64,000 nucleotides of DNA from Ramazzottius varieornatus (Eukaryota > Animalia > Tardigrada), in NCBI GenBank assembly GCA_001949185.1, contig BDGG01000021.1, forward strand, positions 86,817 to 150,816, in the 5' to 3' direction. Below the pieces are notes generated by a model. The model searched no databases. It was given only the letters and a program-made list of their open reading frames with translations, and was not told where the DNA came from. Both the position numbers and the translations under genes were made by a program. Of this stretch, positions 36,026-49,141 are shown one piece after another. How positions within the stretch are numbered: position 1 is the first letter of the stretch; each line of letters begins with the position of its first letter.

Positions 36026-38712
36026 ATGAATTGGGCGATGCTGTTGTGTGCCGTCGGGGCGTTAGCTTCGTTGAGCGTCCTTTGGGCCCAGGACGTAACG
36101 TACAGCGTCACGCTGCTTGAGCGCGGCAGCACACCCCTTCTATCTTTCATGAACGGTACATCGGCCTACCGGCAGGTGGCCAACCCCTCTTGGATTGAAG
36201 CCTCAGCCGGCACCAACGGAAAGAAGGGACTGCTGGTTAGGACGCAAGACTGCGACTTCGAAGCGGGTCATGTCAACTGTACGTGGTGCGGTGGTTCGCA
36301 GGAAAAAGCCAGCATCTTGACCTTCTCCCAACAGCTTCCCAACGGATGGTTCACACCTGTGACAAGAGACTCGGTTGTCTTCTCTCCGGGAAACGACGAT
36401 GAATTATGGGGTACCGAAGATCCTCGCATTCAGTACAATGATGTGGACGGACTGTATTACATGTTCTACACTGCCTATAACAGTAAGAGAATAGTCTTGC
36501 ACATACATTCAGCGGTCTAGTATTCATAGACAGTATATACTCACCGTCGACGCTAACTTGCAGGAGATAAGGATAACAGTGTGTTCCTGAGTTTGGCTAC
36601 CACACCCGACCCAACCAGCCCCCACAACTGGACACGTCACGGACCAGTCTTTCCAACGGAACGAGGCTCGAAAAGTGGCGCTCTACTGCTTCGTGACCAA
36701 GCGCCGCACTATCTTCTGTGGGGAGACCTGGACATTCGCATTGCCGAGTCAAATGATCCAAAGAGATGGCCAACCGTCGGTGACATCCTCTTTTCACCTC
36801 GAAGCAATAGGTTTGACTCGCGATTGGTGGAGAGCGGCCCGCCACCATTACGACTGTCCAATGGCGATTATTTGTTCCTCTATAACTCGGCTCAACTGCA
36901 ATGGCCAGAAAACCCGAAAAAGAATTATTACGTGGGTAAGTGCAGCATAGCCTATGATCAATCAATCACTTGTCCATGCGTTAACGTTGGCTGAAGACCA
37001 TGGCTCAATTTCAGGATGGGTCATCTTGGACGGTACGAACCCGAAAATAATCAAGGCTCGATCGGCATCGCCACTGCTGGGTCCACAGTTCGCCTGGGAG
37101 ACCGGTCAGCATCCTTATTTGTGTAACGCCCCCAATGTCGTTTTCCTGGAAGCAGCCTATCCCGTCGGTCAAGACAAGTTCGTCGTCTTCTTCGGAGGCG
37201 CCGATGCCAATATTGGACAAGCATTGATCAAAGTATCATTTTCGGTTAAGCCCAACCCCACACCGGCTACGCCGCGCCCGCCGATGGCCAAGAACCTGAC
37301 ATACTCTGTGACAGTCCTTGAACGTGGCGCCACCCCTGTTCTATCCTACGTTGACGGCACTTCCGACTACCAACAAGTGCATAATCCAACGTGGGTTGAA
37401 CCCAGTGCAGCAACTCAGGGGAAGAAGGGTTTAATAGTTCGCACTCAGGACTGCGACTTTAACGGCACGCTGGCCAACTGCACCTGGTGCGGAGGAGCGG
37501 GAGAGAAGGCTAGCCTTCTGACATTTTCCCAGCAATTAGACGATGGCTCCTTCGCACGGATTACAAGAAACTCGGTGGTTTTTGAACCGGACAACGACGA
37601 CGACTGGTGGGGGACCGAGGACCCTCGTATTCAGTATAATCCGCACGACGGACTGTACTACATGTTCTACACGGCTTATAACGGTAAGCACTTGTTTCTA
37701 CGTGCCATGTCGATCCCAAAGGCTGCCCTGCCGACGAAATTTACAACAATGTCCTCTCAAGTGGCGCACGCTTCCGGGCCGCAATAATGAGAACGTGCGC
37801 CACTTGACACGAAGATTTCTTACATTTCCTCCATCGGCTTCCCAGCTGTGCTGGGCTTTAACATACGTACATAGTCCGGACTAGATCATCTTCTCTCTTG
37901 CAGGAACTAGCATACAGCTGAGTCTAGCTACTACTCCAGATCCAACAGTAGGTGGCAGTTGGACTCGCCACGGCTTTGTCTTCCCCAAAGAAGAAAAGTC
38001 CAAGAGTGGCTCCTTACTCCTCCGCGATCAGCCGCCGCACCATCTCATTTGGGGAGACAAAGACGTCCGCATTGCCCAGTCGAATGACCCAGCAGTGTGG
38101 CCGGACAGAGGTCAAATCTTGATATCGCCGCGGTCGGACCACTTTGATTCCCTGCTGGTCGAAAGTGGACCGCCACCGCTGAAACTTTCCAATGGCGACT
38201 ATTTGTTCATTTACAACTCGGCCGAGGAAAAATGGTCATATGACCTGTCGAAAAACTACCTCGTTGGTGTGTCTTTTTATTTACTACCTTTCTTTCCTTA
38301 CAGTATTAAAAAGATGTAGGTTAATTATTAAAAATCTAACAAGAAACTGAACATTACAAAAGTCAAAAATTCTTCCTTATTCTTAGGGTGGGTCATTTTG
38401 GATGCTAACGATCCGACAAAGATCAAGGCGCGCTCTGCCACTCCGTTGATGGGCCCGAAGTATGCCTGGGAGACTGGTCAGCATCCTTATGTCTGCAATG
38501 CGCCCAACGTGGTCTTCCTGGAAGCAGCCTACCCAATTGGTCAAGATCAATTTGTGGTCTTCTTCGGAGGTGCCGATGCCAACATTGGGCAAGCCGTCAT
38601 CAAGGTCTCCTATTCCGAAACGGCACCCGCTCCCTCTTCAGCTTCGGCCAGCAGCGTCCTTGTATCTGTTGGAACCAGGCTTTCCTTGCTGCTTATTGTC
38701 GTGTTTTTTTGA
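36026..38712 (+). CDS. Secreted tandem GH130-like (5-blade beta-propeller) glycosidase/phosphorylase with C-terminal hydrophobic tail; exons 36026-36482, 36564-36935, 37015-37683, 37904-38266, 38387-38712
   Basis: Signal peptide; two copies of NP.W..RTQD..WGTEDPRI..YYMFYTAYN..KSG.LL..VESGPPP..YNSA..GW.ILD..PNVVF..FFGGAD; four phase-1 GT-AG introns keep the frame. Confidence 0.85.
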
Positions 38713-39157
38713 AATCACGAAACTCGAGCTTGAGTCATCACACCCGTAAAGTCGCACAGTAATAGGACGAGTGTGCTCTGTCTTGCCGCTATGAAATACA
38801 AAGCCTTTATATAATTATTGTGCAATACGCTGAGCTTGGTCGCATGTGTGGTCTTGCCGTGCTGTAGAGCGATATCCTTGATTTTTTCTTCAATTACTTC
38901 AGTCATAGCAAGGGTAAAGCAATCAGTGCTGCCACCTAACAACGACACTACGCTTTACTTTCCCCAGGACTGGCCTGATTATTTCGAAGGTTTCTGTTGT
39001 TCGGTCTTGCTGGCTGGATCTGCGAAAAGCAGGACCGGCCAAGGTATGTAGGAGGCTAGATGAAAGTGTGGTGAAAGGCGAAACCTGAAGTGAAATGCGC
39101 CATCGTTGCTCATTCAGTTCGTGGGCATGCACCTTGACTGACATTTGCCGTCCATAT

Positions 39158-39158
<1 letters not shown>

Positions 39159-39190
<32 letters not shown>
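39159..39190. repeat. (CA)n microsatellite
   Basis: Seen directly. Confidence 0.95.
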
Positions 39191-39191
<1 letters not shown>

Positions 39192-40318
39192 CCCTCTCCT
39201 TCCTGACGGTTTCCTGTATCACAAAAGCGGATACTGTATCCATTCCCGGCAGATTAATGACAACTGCAGGGCAGAACGAAGGAAGGAAGGAAGGAGTGGG
39301 TACCTGGTGTGTGCGTGTGACGGATTAGAACAAGCTGACAGGCTGACAGACAGAAGCGGAAGGAAGGAAGCGGTAAATTGGAGAAGGAATACCCAACTGA
39401 TTATAAGCCGTACATGTGCACTGAGCGCGGCCTGTCTTATATTCCCCTCCATTTAGGCTCGTTCCTGCCTTCCTCCCTCCCTTCGTCCATCCATCCATCC
39501 ATCACACATGTGTTGGCTAACCTAGCTCGGTGTGCCTCACGCTTGATCCTCCCTTCTCTTCCGCCATTCCCTTTTCTCCTATTCATCTATAACGTTCATC
39601 GCATGCTTTTATGACCGTTTTTCTTGTCGAACATATTGCCTAGCGTGCCGCAGATTGTACTGGCTGAGCCTTCCTTCTTTCCCTCAAACTAATTGCTCCT
39701 GTCTTTCTCTTCGGTCCACCTCCTTGATCAACTCCAGCTGAGCCTACTGTAGCTCCCTACAATGACATCAGTATTTTCTTCCCGCTGACACCCTTTGCTG
39801 TCCAGCGGTCTTTCCTTTTGGCGCACTTAATGCCTCCAATTATCTCCTCTAAGTTATTCAGCCGGCAGTCGTTTCGCCTTAGATGATGGTTGTGATCGCC
39901 GACTAGATGCATGTTATCCCCTATTTTCGAGTGGATGACCTTAAAATCGCATCATTCGCTTGTCATCCAATAAGTGCACTTTTTCTAATCGACTTTTCTT
40001 TGTAAACCCGGAGAGGACGGAATTACTCTACATACGTAAGTTGGTTGGTGGCAAATGCTCGTCAACATAATTAGTTACTGAGCAGATTCTACTCCTTTTG
40101 ATACAAATCCTGCTTTCCTCCATATTTGGGGGTCTGAATTTCGGTCAAGCATGAAGCATATTGGTTAGCTGACAATGGATATGACTGCGTGATCCTTGGT
40201 TTACTTTTGGGATTATACAGAAGCCTTCGCAGATCTGGCGGCCATTTGAGTTTGAACGCTACAATTGAGAAGGTGCCAGCAAAGACGGATGCATTAGGCG
40301 TGGCTGAGAGGAAGAAGA

Positions 40319-43318
40319 ATGTCTGCCGGATGGTACGGTATACCTGCCGACGCATTCAGCAACTTGCAGCAGAAGACCCTGGGTCGCCTGCAAGAACTGG
40401 GTGAATGGACGCAAGAGCGGCTGTCCAACTTTGTCGATCCGCGCATCTTTGCTGCCGGTGGCAAGTATGCACACCTGTACACCCGCAAGTCTCGCCTGGA
40501 CTTGATCCGCCTTAGCGCCGCTGTCTGCGGCATCGAGTTCTGTTATGCCGCCGAGACGGCCTTCGTCAGTCCGACACTGCTCAAGATTGGTATCCCAGTC
40601 TTGTACATGACGCTGATATGGTGCCTCAGTCCGGCCATCGGCTTCTTCCTGGTACCTTTCTTGGGCTCCTGCTCCGACCGATGCCATTCGAAACTTGGAC
40701 GACGACGACCCTTTATTCTTTTACTGTCCATCGGCATTCTATTGGGACTGGTTCTAGTCCCCCATGGTTCCAGCTTTGGCTACCTTTTAGGCGATCATCT
40801 ACCGCCGCACATCAATGCCACCATCTTCTCGCAGAACTCGACAATGTTCCAGTTGGATTCCGACGATGATGATTTTATCCGCGGGGGAATACGTCCGATC
40901 GGCATCGTCTTGACCATAATTGGCGTCATCTGCTTGGATTTGTGTGCCGATTCGTGCCAGTCGCCAGCACGCGCCTACTTGCTCGATGTTTGTCTTCCGG
41001 AAGATCACGCCCGCGGCCTGTCGGCTTTCACCGCCATGGCCGGCCTGGGAGGCGGATTAGGCTACATGCTCGGTACAAACATAAACATATGACAGCTCAT
41101 CGGCAAACAAACTCGGCAGTATTGTTCCCCCCAACGTGGGCCATCTTTCCCCCGGAAGCGCGCGCCACTTGGAAACTGCAGCTTCTTTCTTTTTCCCAAT
41201 GTGGCGCACGCTTACCTAATAAGCGCTCAATTCGTCAATCATACGCACCGATGAGAAAAGATATTCAAAATCAGTAGGGAAATTATAGGAGTAACCTGAG
41301 AAAAAAGCACTCTGAAGAAAATTGGTTTGTTGATCGACAGGGGCGGTCCATTGGGAAAAGACGGCTTGGGGGGCGGCCATCGGTGGTCAAGAAGCGGCGC
41401 TTTTCCTCATCGTCCTGGTCATTTACATTATCTGCTTATGCGTCACCATAACTAGCTTCAAAGAGATGCCACTGGGTGAAGTTCTGACGTCGCAACGGCC
41501 TCCACCATCCACTTCGCTTCCCCTACGGCAGTCACTCTTCGAGCCCTATGATGAACCCGACCTGGTCAGCTTCACCCAGTCCCGTCAAAGTTCGACGACC
41601 AAGTCCAACAGCAACAACGCACTTTCCAACGACTATGCAGAGTATCCGGCCAGCGATACGGCCAGACTGCAAGAAGTTGACATGCCAGAAGACCCACTGA
41701 CGCTCAAAGATTACCTTTGGTAATTAGTAATTGCACCTCCCAGCTGCGGATTTTCCTTGTTGGCTGGTTTCAGCTATCAAGTCAATCTGCCCTTTTTCTA
41801 CGAAAATAACAAACAGGCTTGTGTCGGGACCTTGGTAGAAAAACGGCTCTACACACAAACTTGATAATATTGTTTTCCCAGGTGGCGCACGTTCCCAGTC
41901 CCGACAATGAAGATGTGCGCCGCTTGGGAAAGGATCATGTCGAGATGGTTTTCCCGAGCGGCGCACGTCTTCATTGTTGTGAGCTGGAAGCGTGTGCCAC
42001 CTGGAGCAGTGATTGTGTCGAGCGTGTTTTCTGGGGTCCCACACGATAAGTTTGTGATTTGTGGGTTTCTCCTGCAGGTCGATCGTCTTTATGCCGGCGT
42101 CCTTGCGCGTTCTCTGCCTGACCAATCTTTGTTGCTGGATGTCGCTGGTCTGTTACTCACTATACTTTACCGATTTTGTGGGACAGAGTGTCTTTGGCGG
42201 CGACCCCACTGCGACGCTACGAGCTAATCCTGAAGGCCAAAGACTGTATGAGGAAGGCGTCAGGTTGGTTGACTCTTTCTTTGTTACTTTCAAGGTTAGG
42301 CTGTAGCTGGCTTTTCCTTCTATTCAGGTTTGGCTGTTGGGGCATGGCCATTTACTCCATTTCCTGTTCCTGCTACTCCGCCGTCATCGAACGATTAATC
42401 CTCAAATGTGGTAGGCCCTAATCAGCCCTTGACGCTGGCGCTCCGTCCCTGTTATTTTCCGCCCATTAATCTCCCAGAATAAAAGACTGCCTTGACGCAA
42501 CTCTGGCGTCAAGGCATTCGACAGAAGGAAGACAGTTTAGCCCAACCTGCATTTTTCAATCCAGCTCCCGACCCAATATGAGAGCTGAGCTTTTGGAAGT
42601 TGTCCCTATACACGACAAAAGTGTCCTCCAAGTTTAGGACGAATGGCGCGGATCGATATGTCTAAGGCCTTCTTGCAGGGACGTAACTGGATACAAAAAG
42701 CTGCGTGCCGGAAAATAATATGCCGTGGTTGTTCGTGTCGCTGCAGGTGCCAAAAAGGTTTACGTGGGTGGACAGTTGGTTTACACAGTGGGCATGTTGC
42801 TGATGGCCATGACACGGAATAAATTCTGCGTTATACTTTTCTCCGCTTCCGCTGGTACGTATCACTGTAACACCCGCGCTGTCCCGACACAGTGGAGAGC
42901 GAATTCAATATACGTAATGACAGAACGAATGCCCTTCTTCAGGAATCATGTACTCAACCTTGTTCACCATGCCTTTTTTCCTTGTTGCTCACTATCACTC
43001 TTCCGGCTTGGTAAAGGTCTTCCTACTTGTTCTTTTAGACCGGTCTTATGCTGACTTCCGTCTTATGTACAGTTTCAGGAAGAGCAGCCAATCGCCAACC
43101 AAGGCTTCCCAGCAGCCAGCCGAAAGCCGGTGCGGGGCTTGGGAACCGACGTGGCTACCGTCAGCAGCATGGTCTTCTTGGCTCAGTTCATCCTGTCGGG
43201 CGTCAATGGTACACTGGTCCATGTAACAGGAACGCCGACATCGACGGTCGTCCTTTCCGCCTTCTTGAGCTTTTGTGGCGCAGTCGCCGCCACCAAAGTC
43301 ACCTACCTCAACCTATAG
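40319..43318 (+). CDS. SLC45-family (GPH/sucrose-H+ symporter-like) transporter, multi-exon
   Basis: GIEFCYAAETAFVSPTLL, GSCSDRC.SKLGRRRPFI, DSCQSPARAYLLD, CYSLYFTDFVGQSVFGGDP, RGLGTDVA.VSSMVFLAQ. Confidence 0.92.
41878..42005. repeat. Double-hairpin CCA(A/G)GTGGCGCA element (best-preserved copy of a dispersed family)
   Basis: CCAGGTGGCGCAC..GTGCGCCGCTTGG..ATGTCGA..CCGAGCGGCGCAC..GTGTGCCACCTGG. Confidence 0.7.
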
Positions 43319-44088
43319 CTGCACTGAAATCCTGTTCCGACCTTTCGCTGTTAGTGCCCGACATTCTGTCGACAGTGCGATGTTGAATTGTGCATTAGTG
43401 GTTTTGAATTCATTGAGCAGGTCGTGAATGTAAAGGTCGCTGTGGTTAATTGAGCACAGAGCGCTTGTACGTCAAGATTACGAGCTTGCGTATTTCGTCT
43501 GCAAGGTCAGTCTGACTCTTTTCACAGCGGATTATGCGTTTTTGACGCTCTTTTGTGTGTATAGCGTCAGTGGGAAGCAGGCCAATAAATTTCTAATGGG
43601 AACGAAAGGTTTGACGCGGTGGGTATATCGCCCTCATCTACGTAATTAATTATGGACAGGGTTCCTTGCCAGGAAGCCAGCTGAGATACCGCTGCCAGAT
43701 ATCATCAACAGCATTAGTTTCGAGCTCAGTGTAGCAAAGACTGATCTGTCAAACTACCTCCGCTTGTGACAGCTCCCTCCAACTGGACATCGCAACGCGT
43801 CATTTTCCTTCTTGCGTATTCCGGGCAACAACAATGTCGGTTCTACGAAACTGTTTTCTGCCTGCTGGAATATTCTTAGTTTTTTTATGCTTGCTACAAC
43901 CAGGCGCCTACGGAACCTCGCCCCGATTAGGTCATGGTAAGTGGCGATATCTACCCAATTAAAGCCTATCAACTTTATTCCCGCAGCTCGTTCTTCCAAG
44001 TGGCGCACCATCTCGGCCAATCAGACTGAACAGCTGCGCCACTTCGGCATGCAACAAGCTCGTCCAGTTCGTTTCCCGAGTTCCTGTA

Positions 44089-44267
44089 CACGCACGACGA
44101 GAAATTATGGGCCAAGCGAAAAAGACGACAAAACGGAAATTGACACGTAGAGAAGTGTCGAAAAGTGCACGCTAGGAATATGACGCGTACGTACGTGCTT
44201 CCGTGCCGCCATGGTGAAAAGGCATGGTCCATAATTTTTCTTTACCCATAATTTCTCGTCGTGCGTG
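44089..44267. mobile_element. MITE with TIR CACGCACGACGAGAAATTATGGG and TA TSD
   Basis: Perfect ~23-bp TIR flanked by TA; internal sequence similar to 61940-62142 and 11822-11968. Confidence 0.8.
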
Positions 44268-45044
44268 TACGCAAATCGAAGCAATATTTAAGAACGTTCG
44301 CCTTTTCTACTTGCAGGTAAAGTATGGCCGAAGCGTGGCGGCTGGCTCTTCGGAAATTCCTTCGATATTCCTTCGCGGTCGACTCCTCTCGATCTGCTTA
44401 CATCACTCAAGAACTCCTGTATGGACTCTGGCACTACTCCCATCATCGATAGGGTCGTTTTCAGTAAAGCTATCTACCTTCGTTTCGGCTAGAATTCAAA
44501 CTACCGGTTCCTGTGCTGACGGATGCAAGAGTTTCATTTGGTATTTGGACTTGGTTCGGAAGATTCTTGTCGATGAAATTAATACATAACGTTTCAGAAA
44601 AGAAAGCAATGAGTTCAACCCTGTACAAACTACAACACAATAAAAAATAGCAAGACACTGACTGGATTCGGCCAAGCGTAAAACCTGGTGAAGAAATAAG
44701 AACAAGACGGCAATCAGCGGCTATCACATTAGCGAACCAGTACAAAAAATATGTTGATGTTACCGCATGAGAATACATTGACAATAAATAACAAAAGAGC
44801 TAAAAAAGGACCGCGGACGGCAGTGAGGAGAACCTCGAGAGTAGCTGCTTGTAAGGCTTAAGAGTTGACTGCTGCGCGGAACATGTCGTTGGCTGCACTT
44901 TGAGGTACATCTCCCCTGCAATCAAGCAAAAACTGAATTAGTATACTGTATACTTGTTCGAATTAAGATTAGGAAAGCAGCAGCATTGACGGAGGAAACT
45001 AGCAAAATTAATGCAGTACTTGGGCGTTACTGGACGGACATTTC

Positions 45045-46914
45045 CTAGGCGGCATCTTCCTCGTCTTCCGTCTCCATCTCGCTAGCTTCTTCCTCGTGGT
45101 CGCTGCGTCGCTTCTTTCTGCTGGCCGACTTGACGTGTGGGCGTTTGTAGCGGGGTGGCAGACCCAACTCGCGTCTCAGGCAGGACTTGTGCGTGCCCAC
45201 GTGCTTGCCAAACTCCCGGCGCGTCAACTCTTGGTCAAAGTGCTCCCTACACATTTCCTTCGAAATTTCTAAAGAAACGGCAACAGTTAGGAAAGCGAGA
45301 CTAATAAATATCTACAAGAACGAACGGCGAGGCAGCAAAGTGTTTTCCTTCCGCAATGAACTTTGGGGCAAGATCAATTGTACCAAATGGCGCAGGCTCT
45401 TACCCCACAACACTGGGAAAGTGCGCCAAATGGTAAAATAAGCTTGTCGAGTTGGCTTTGCCGAGCTTCCATCATACCGGCCTTAACCGAAACGATCAAA
45501 ATTATTGAAATTCATCCCGACAAGCTGTGGAGCTTACCGAAAATAACGCTGAGCTTGGACTGCTCAAGAAGCTTCTTGTTCCTCATTGCTGCACCGGCGG
45601 GATTCGGAACGCCTTCCTTCAGCTCGTCGAAGGTGTAAATACATCGCAATGCACCTCTGTAAAACAAAACTGTAAAGAAATATACAAAGAGACGTCAAGC
45701 CTTGCAAGTTGCAGCAGCTTACTTGGAAGCTGCATGCCAAGTATCGCACTGCCACATGGCATCTGCAAGACGGAGAGAATTAACCATCAATGTGGATATT
45801 CATAAAGTACTTTAGTTTCGTGATAGTTGCCTCTGAGCTCCGTGACGGTAATGTCCTCCTTGTAGCGAGGACTCCAGACTCTCTTCGGAAGTGCAGCCAG
45901 TCCAGCCGTGACTTTCTTGGAAGGCGGAGGGACTTTCTTCAGTGGTGGGAGACCTCGTCGTAAAAAGTTGGCGGTAAAGCTTTTCTGGATCAGATCGATT
46001 TCTTGCTCGTCGTTGAGGGCGACCTCTTTCACATCATCCTGCAAACAAGAAAAAGCCTTGAAAGCTGTGAACATTTCAGGCTGCAATGCTCGGGGAAAAG
46101 TCATGCTTTGTCAGAAGCGGAGAAAAAGGATTCAGCTGTCGCGCTGGGTAATCATACTTACATCGGATGATTCAGGAAGGCCAGTGTCTCGTCTTCCCCT
46201 TGGGCCAGCACTTCGCGGAAGACCAGCAGGCAAGCTTGAAAGTGATGGGAACTTCCGGGGTGAGTAGGCAGTGCTCGCGGAAGCGAAGGAACGATCAGAG
46301 CCGTGGTGAGAGGCAGCTGGAAGAGGAGCGTAAACTTCGGGTGACTCGGCCCGGCCATTATCAACCGTCATGGGCCCGTCTGCTGATCGCAATCCCAACT
46401 CCTCCGACAGGCGAACACCTCGCTTTTCCAGATGGTATTCTTCCCGATATACCTTGATTATCTGTTCCGACAACTGTCGAGCTGGAAAAGAACACGCGGA
46501 TTAAAATAATATTCCAAAAACTAAAAATTCCAACCATTTCGTTCAAATCGACTATGTATCGAACACGTCCTAACCAACGGCAGACTAAGAGCAGAATAAC
46601 ACGTGACCACGACGTCAGGCAGGCCATTTCAGTAATCGTGGTTTACAATCAAAGTACTTGGTTGCTTCCCAGTAATTCTCTATTAGTACGTTCCACATCA
46701 ACTTACATTCTTCGATCTCGACCACCAAACACGGCCACCACTTGTCCAGAATTCTGGCTCTGCAGACCGTCTTCTCGCGGATGGCTCCTTCGGCGCCGCA
46801 AGGCTGGAGATCCGTCAGAGCCATGGCCCGGACGAGGCATAGTGGACGCTGCTCCTTCTGCTTGTGGAAGAAGACCACGGCGCTGCCAACCACATCTCCC
46901 ATCAGGGAAAACAT
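45045..46914 (-). CDS. BEN-domain protein (multi-exon)
   Basis: Spliced C-terminus ..HAASK|RGALRCIYTFDELKEGVP..KKLLEQSKLSVIF|..CREHF..FGKHVGTHKSCLRRE fits the BEN pattern. N-terminal KWWPCLV resembles a Tudor/PWWP-like strand. Start codon uncertain. Confidence 0.6.
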
Positions 46915-47327
46915 CGTGACCTGCAAAAGCAAAAAAGCCTGAGATGCGAAGATGTGGTACAACCTTATTGCGCGGTAGCAATCACGATCGGGAGCTACAA
47001 AACTCTCGCGCAAAATCGACGAGAAGAATAACAGGTTGAACTTCGAAGATCAGACTCAACGGCAACACTCGCTCGTGCACATACATGTAGTAGTACTGGC
47101 AATCAATCGAAGAATCCACTGACAAACCCGATCCTTGCGCCTGCTGGTGCGCACTCACTTGCGCATGTCCCGTAGGCGGAGCAACCTTGCGCCGCGATGG
47201 GCAGCCTGCATGCGTTGGAAACGAGCTGAAACCATTAAGAGGTTGATTAAATTTACCAGCTTTCTTCGCGACGTGTTCTCGCGCTCTCCACTGTCCAGTC
47301 CATCTTCGCATTCCTCCTTTCCTCGCC

Positions 47328-49141
47328 ATGGATGTACCGAGCACGTCCAAAAAGGAAGCAGTTCCGCGAGTCGCTACACGGCAGAGCAGTCGGCGAGTAA
47401 GTCACGTTTAGTATTTGATCTGGCATTTCGATCTTGCATCTTCTTGTGTCGCTTCAGATCGTCAAGAAGACCAGACCGGATTACATTGAAGATTTTTCCC
47501 GCGCTGCATCGACAGACGAAGAGCCGAAGCCATCGCCCAAGCTGAAGCAGTTATTTTCCACCAGGGCTGCGGCCACGAAGAAGAAGGCACCAGCCAAGAA
47601 GCGAGTCAGAGTGCGCGTGAGAGCTAAGCGCCATGTCAAAGTGGACGAGCCCACTGCTGCTTCACCCTATCTTCCTACCTCAGACTCAACCCGCATTGCC
47701 GCTGTAGAACCACGCCCTGAAAAGCAGAATTTTGAAGGTCTCTTCGACAATACCGACGACACGCTCACCTGCAAATTCTGTCAGATAATATGTACGACAC
47801 TCCTCTAAGCGAATCTTCCGTCGGGTGTAATTACGGGGTCGCACGTTGTTGCTTGTTTCAGATCCGAACACCTGGCAGTACAGGATACCGGTGTATATGG
47901 AGTACCTTCGACACAAGGGCTTCGTGTGTCCTAAGTGCAAGAAATGCGAAGTTTGCCAGAAAGCCGTGAAAGGAGAGGAAGATGTAAGAGCCTTTGAATC
48001 ATCGTTCAGAAAACGGGACAGAGTGGCGCAGATTTTCAGTATTTTTGGCTGGAAGCATACGTCGCTTACAGCATCAGACCTTATCGAATATGTTTCAAAC
48101 CTGTTTCTGTATTGCAGAAGATTTTCCTATGCAGCCGCTGTTCTGTGGGATATCACGGGAGCTGTCATGCTCCACCCTTGGATTCCGATGAGGAGTCTGG
48201 GGAATATTTCTACATGCATCAGTGGCTCTGCGGAAAGTGTGAACCCAGAGATGCAGTGGAGAACAGTGTCGAGAAGGCAGTTTCCGCAGAAGGAAATGGA
48301 GATAAGCCCGCTGGTCTCGTTTCGTTGGAGAATCTTTCCACTGGTAAGGAAGGCTCTGTCCTTTGAATTTCTAGAAGAAGGGAAGTCTTCTTTTTGGTAT
48401 GAGAGTTTCACGATGTTGTATATGCTGTAGCTGTTATCAACGGGGACGACAGTCAAGGTCCACGAATGCATCTATCCGTTCAACGCGAAGAGCCCGCTGG
48501 TAAAGTGGTCGAAGGTGTCCCTGGACAGGGCTGGCACAACAGCCTGACCAATGGGTAAGTAACAGTCTAACGACCAGCTTGATGGTGGAAGAACTGGGAG
48601 CTCGTCAAGATCGTTTTCCCAAGTGGCAATTTCGCAGTCTTGTTGGTTGTAAGCGTGCGTCACCTGGATCAGCGGTCTTTTCTACTGTGTTAGCCGAGGT
48701 CCCATATGGTCGGTTCTTTTCGTTGCAGGTTGACCAACGGTTCTACCGATCTTGAAGACGTCTCGCAAGGTCCCTCGAAGCAATGGACGACGTTCTTTCC
48801 GCCGACCGCAGACACGGACGACGAGTCGCCATCCAGTCCCGAAGCTAAAGCTCTTCGACAGAAGTTAGCGCGATGGTCGCCCAAGCAGTGCGCCGAAGTA
48901 TTTGCCCAGAGTTACCCCGAATTGGCAGAACTGATCGTCAAACATGTAAGCCCACTCTTCTATATTTTACTGATGAAGAACTGATGTTGTGCACGTGAGC
49001 ATTCCATCCTTTCAGGGTTTGTTCGGTTCGTCGCTGATGATTCTGTCCAGAGCACAGTTCATGGACCTTTTTGAGCTAAAGGTGGGAACAGCGCTGAAGA
49101 TGCATTATGCCATCAGTCAATGGCGTCGGGCTTTCTTTTAA
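47328..49141 (+). CDS. PHD finger + SAM domain protein (multi-exon)
   Basis: CPKCKKCEVC..|..FLCSRCSVGYHGSCHAPPL..WLCGKC; SAM WSPKQCAEVF..LAELIVKH|GLFGSSLMILSR..FELKVGTALKMHYAI. Confidence 0.75.

Noticed and set aside
36026-38712. Bacterial contamination as the source of the GH130-like gene
   Set aside because: Four canonical spliceosomal introns, one holding a host repeat, and contiguity with animal genes.
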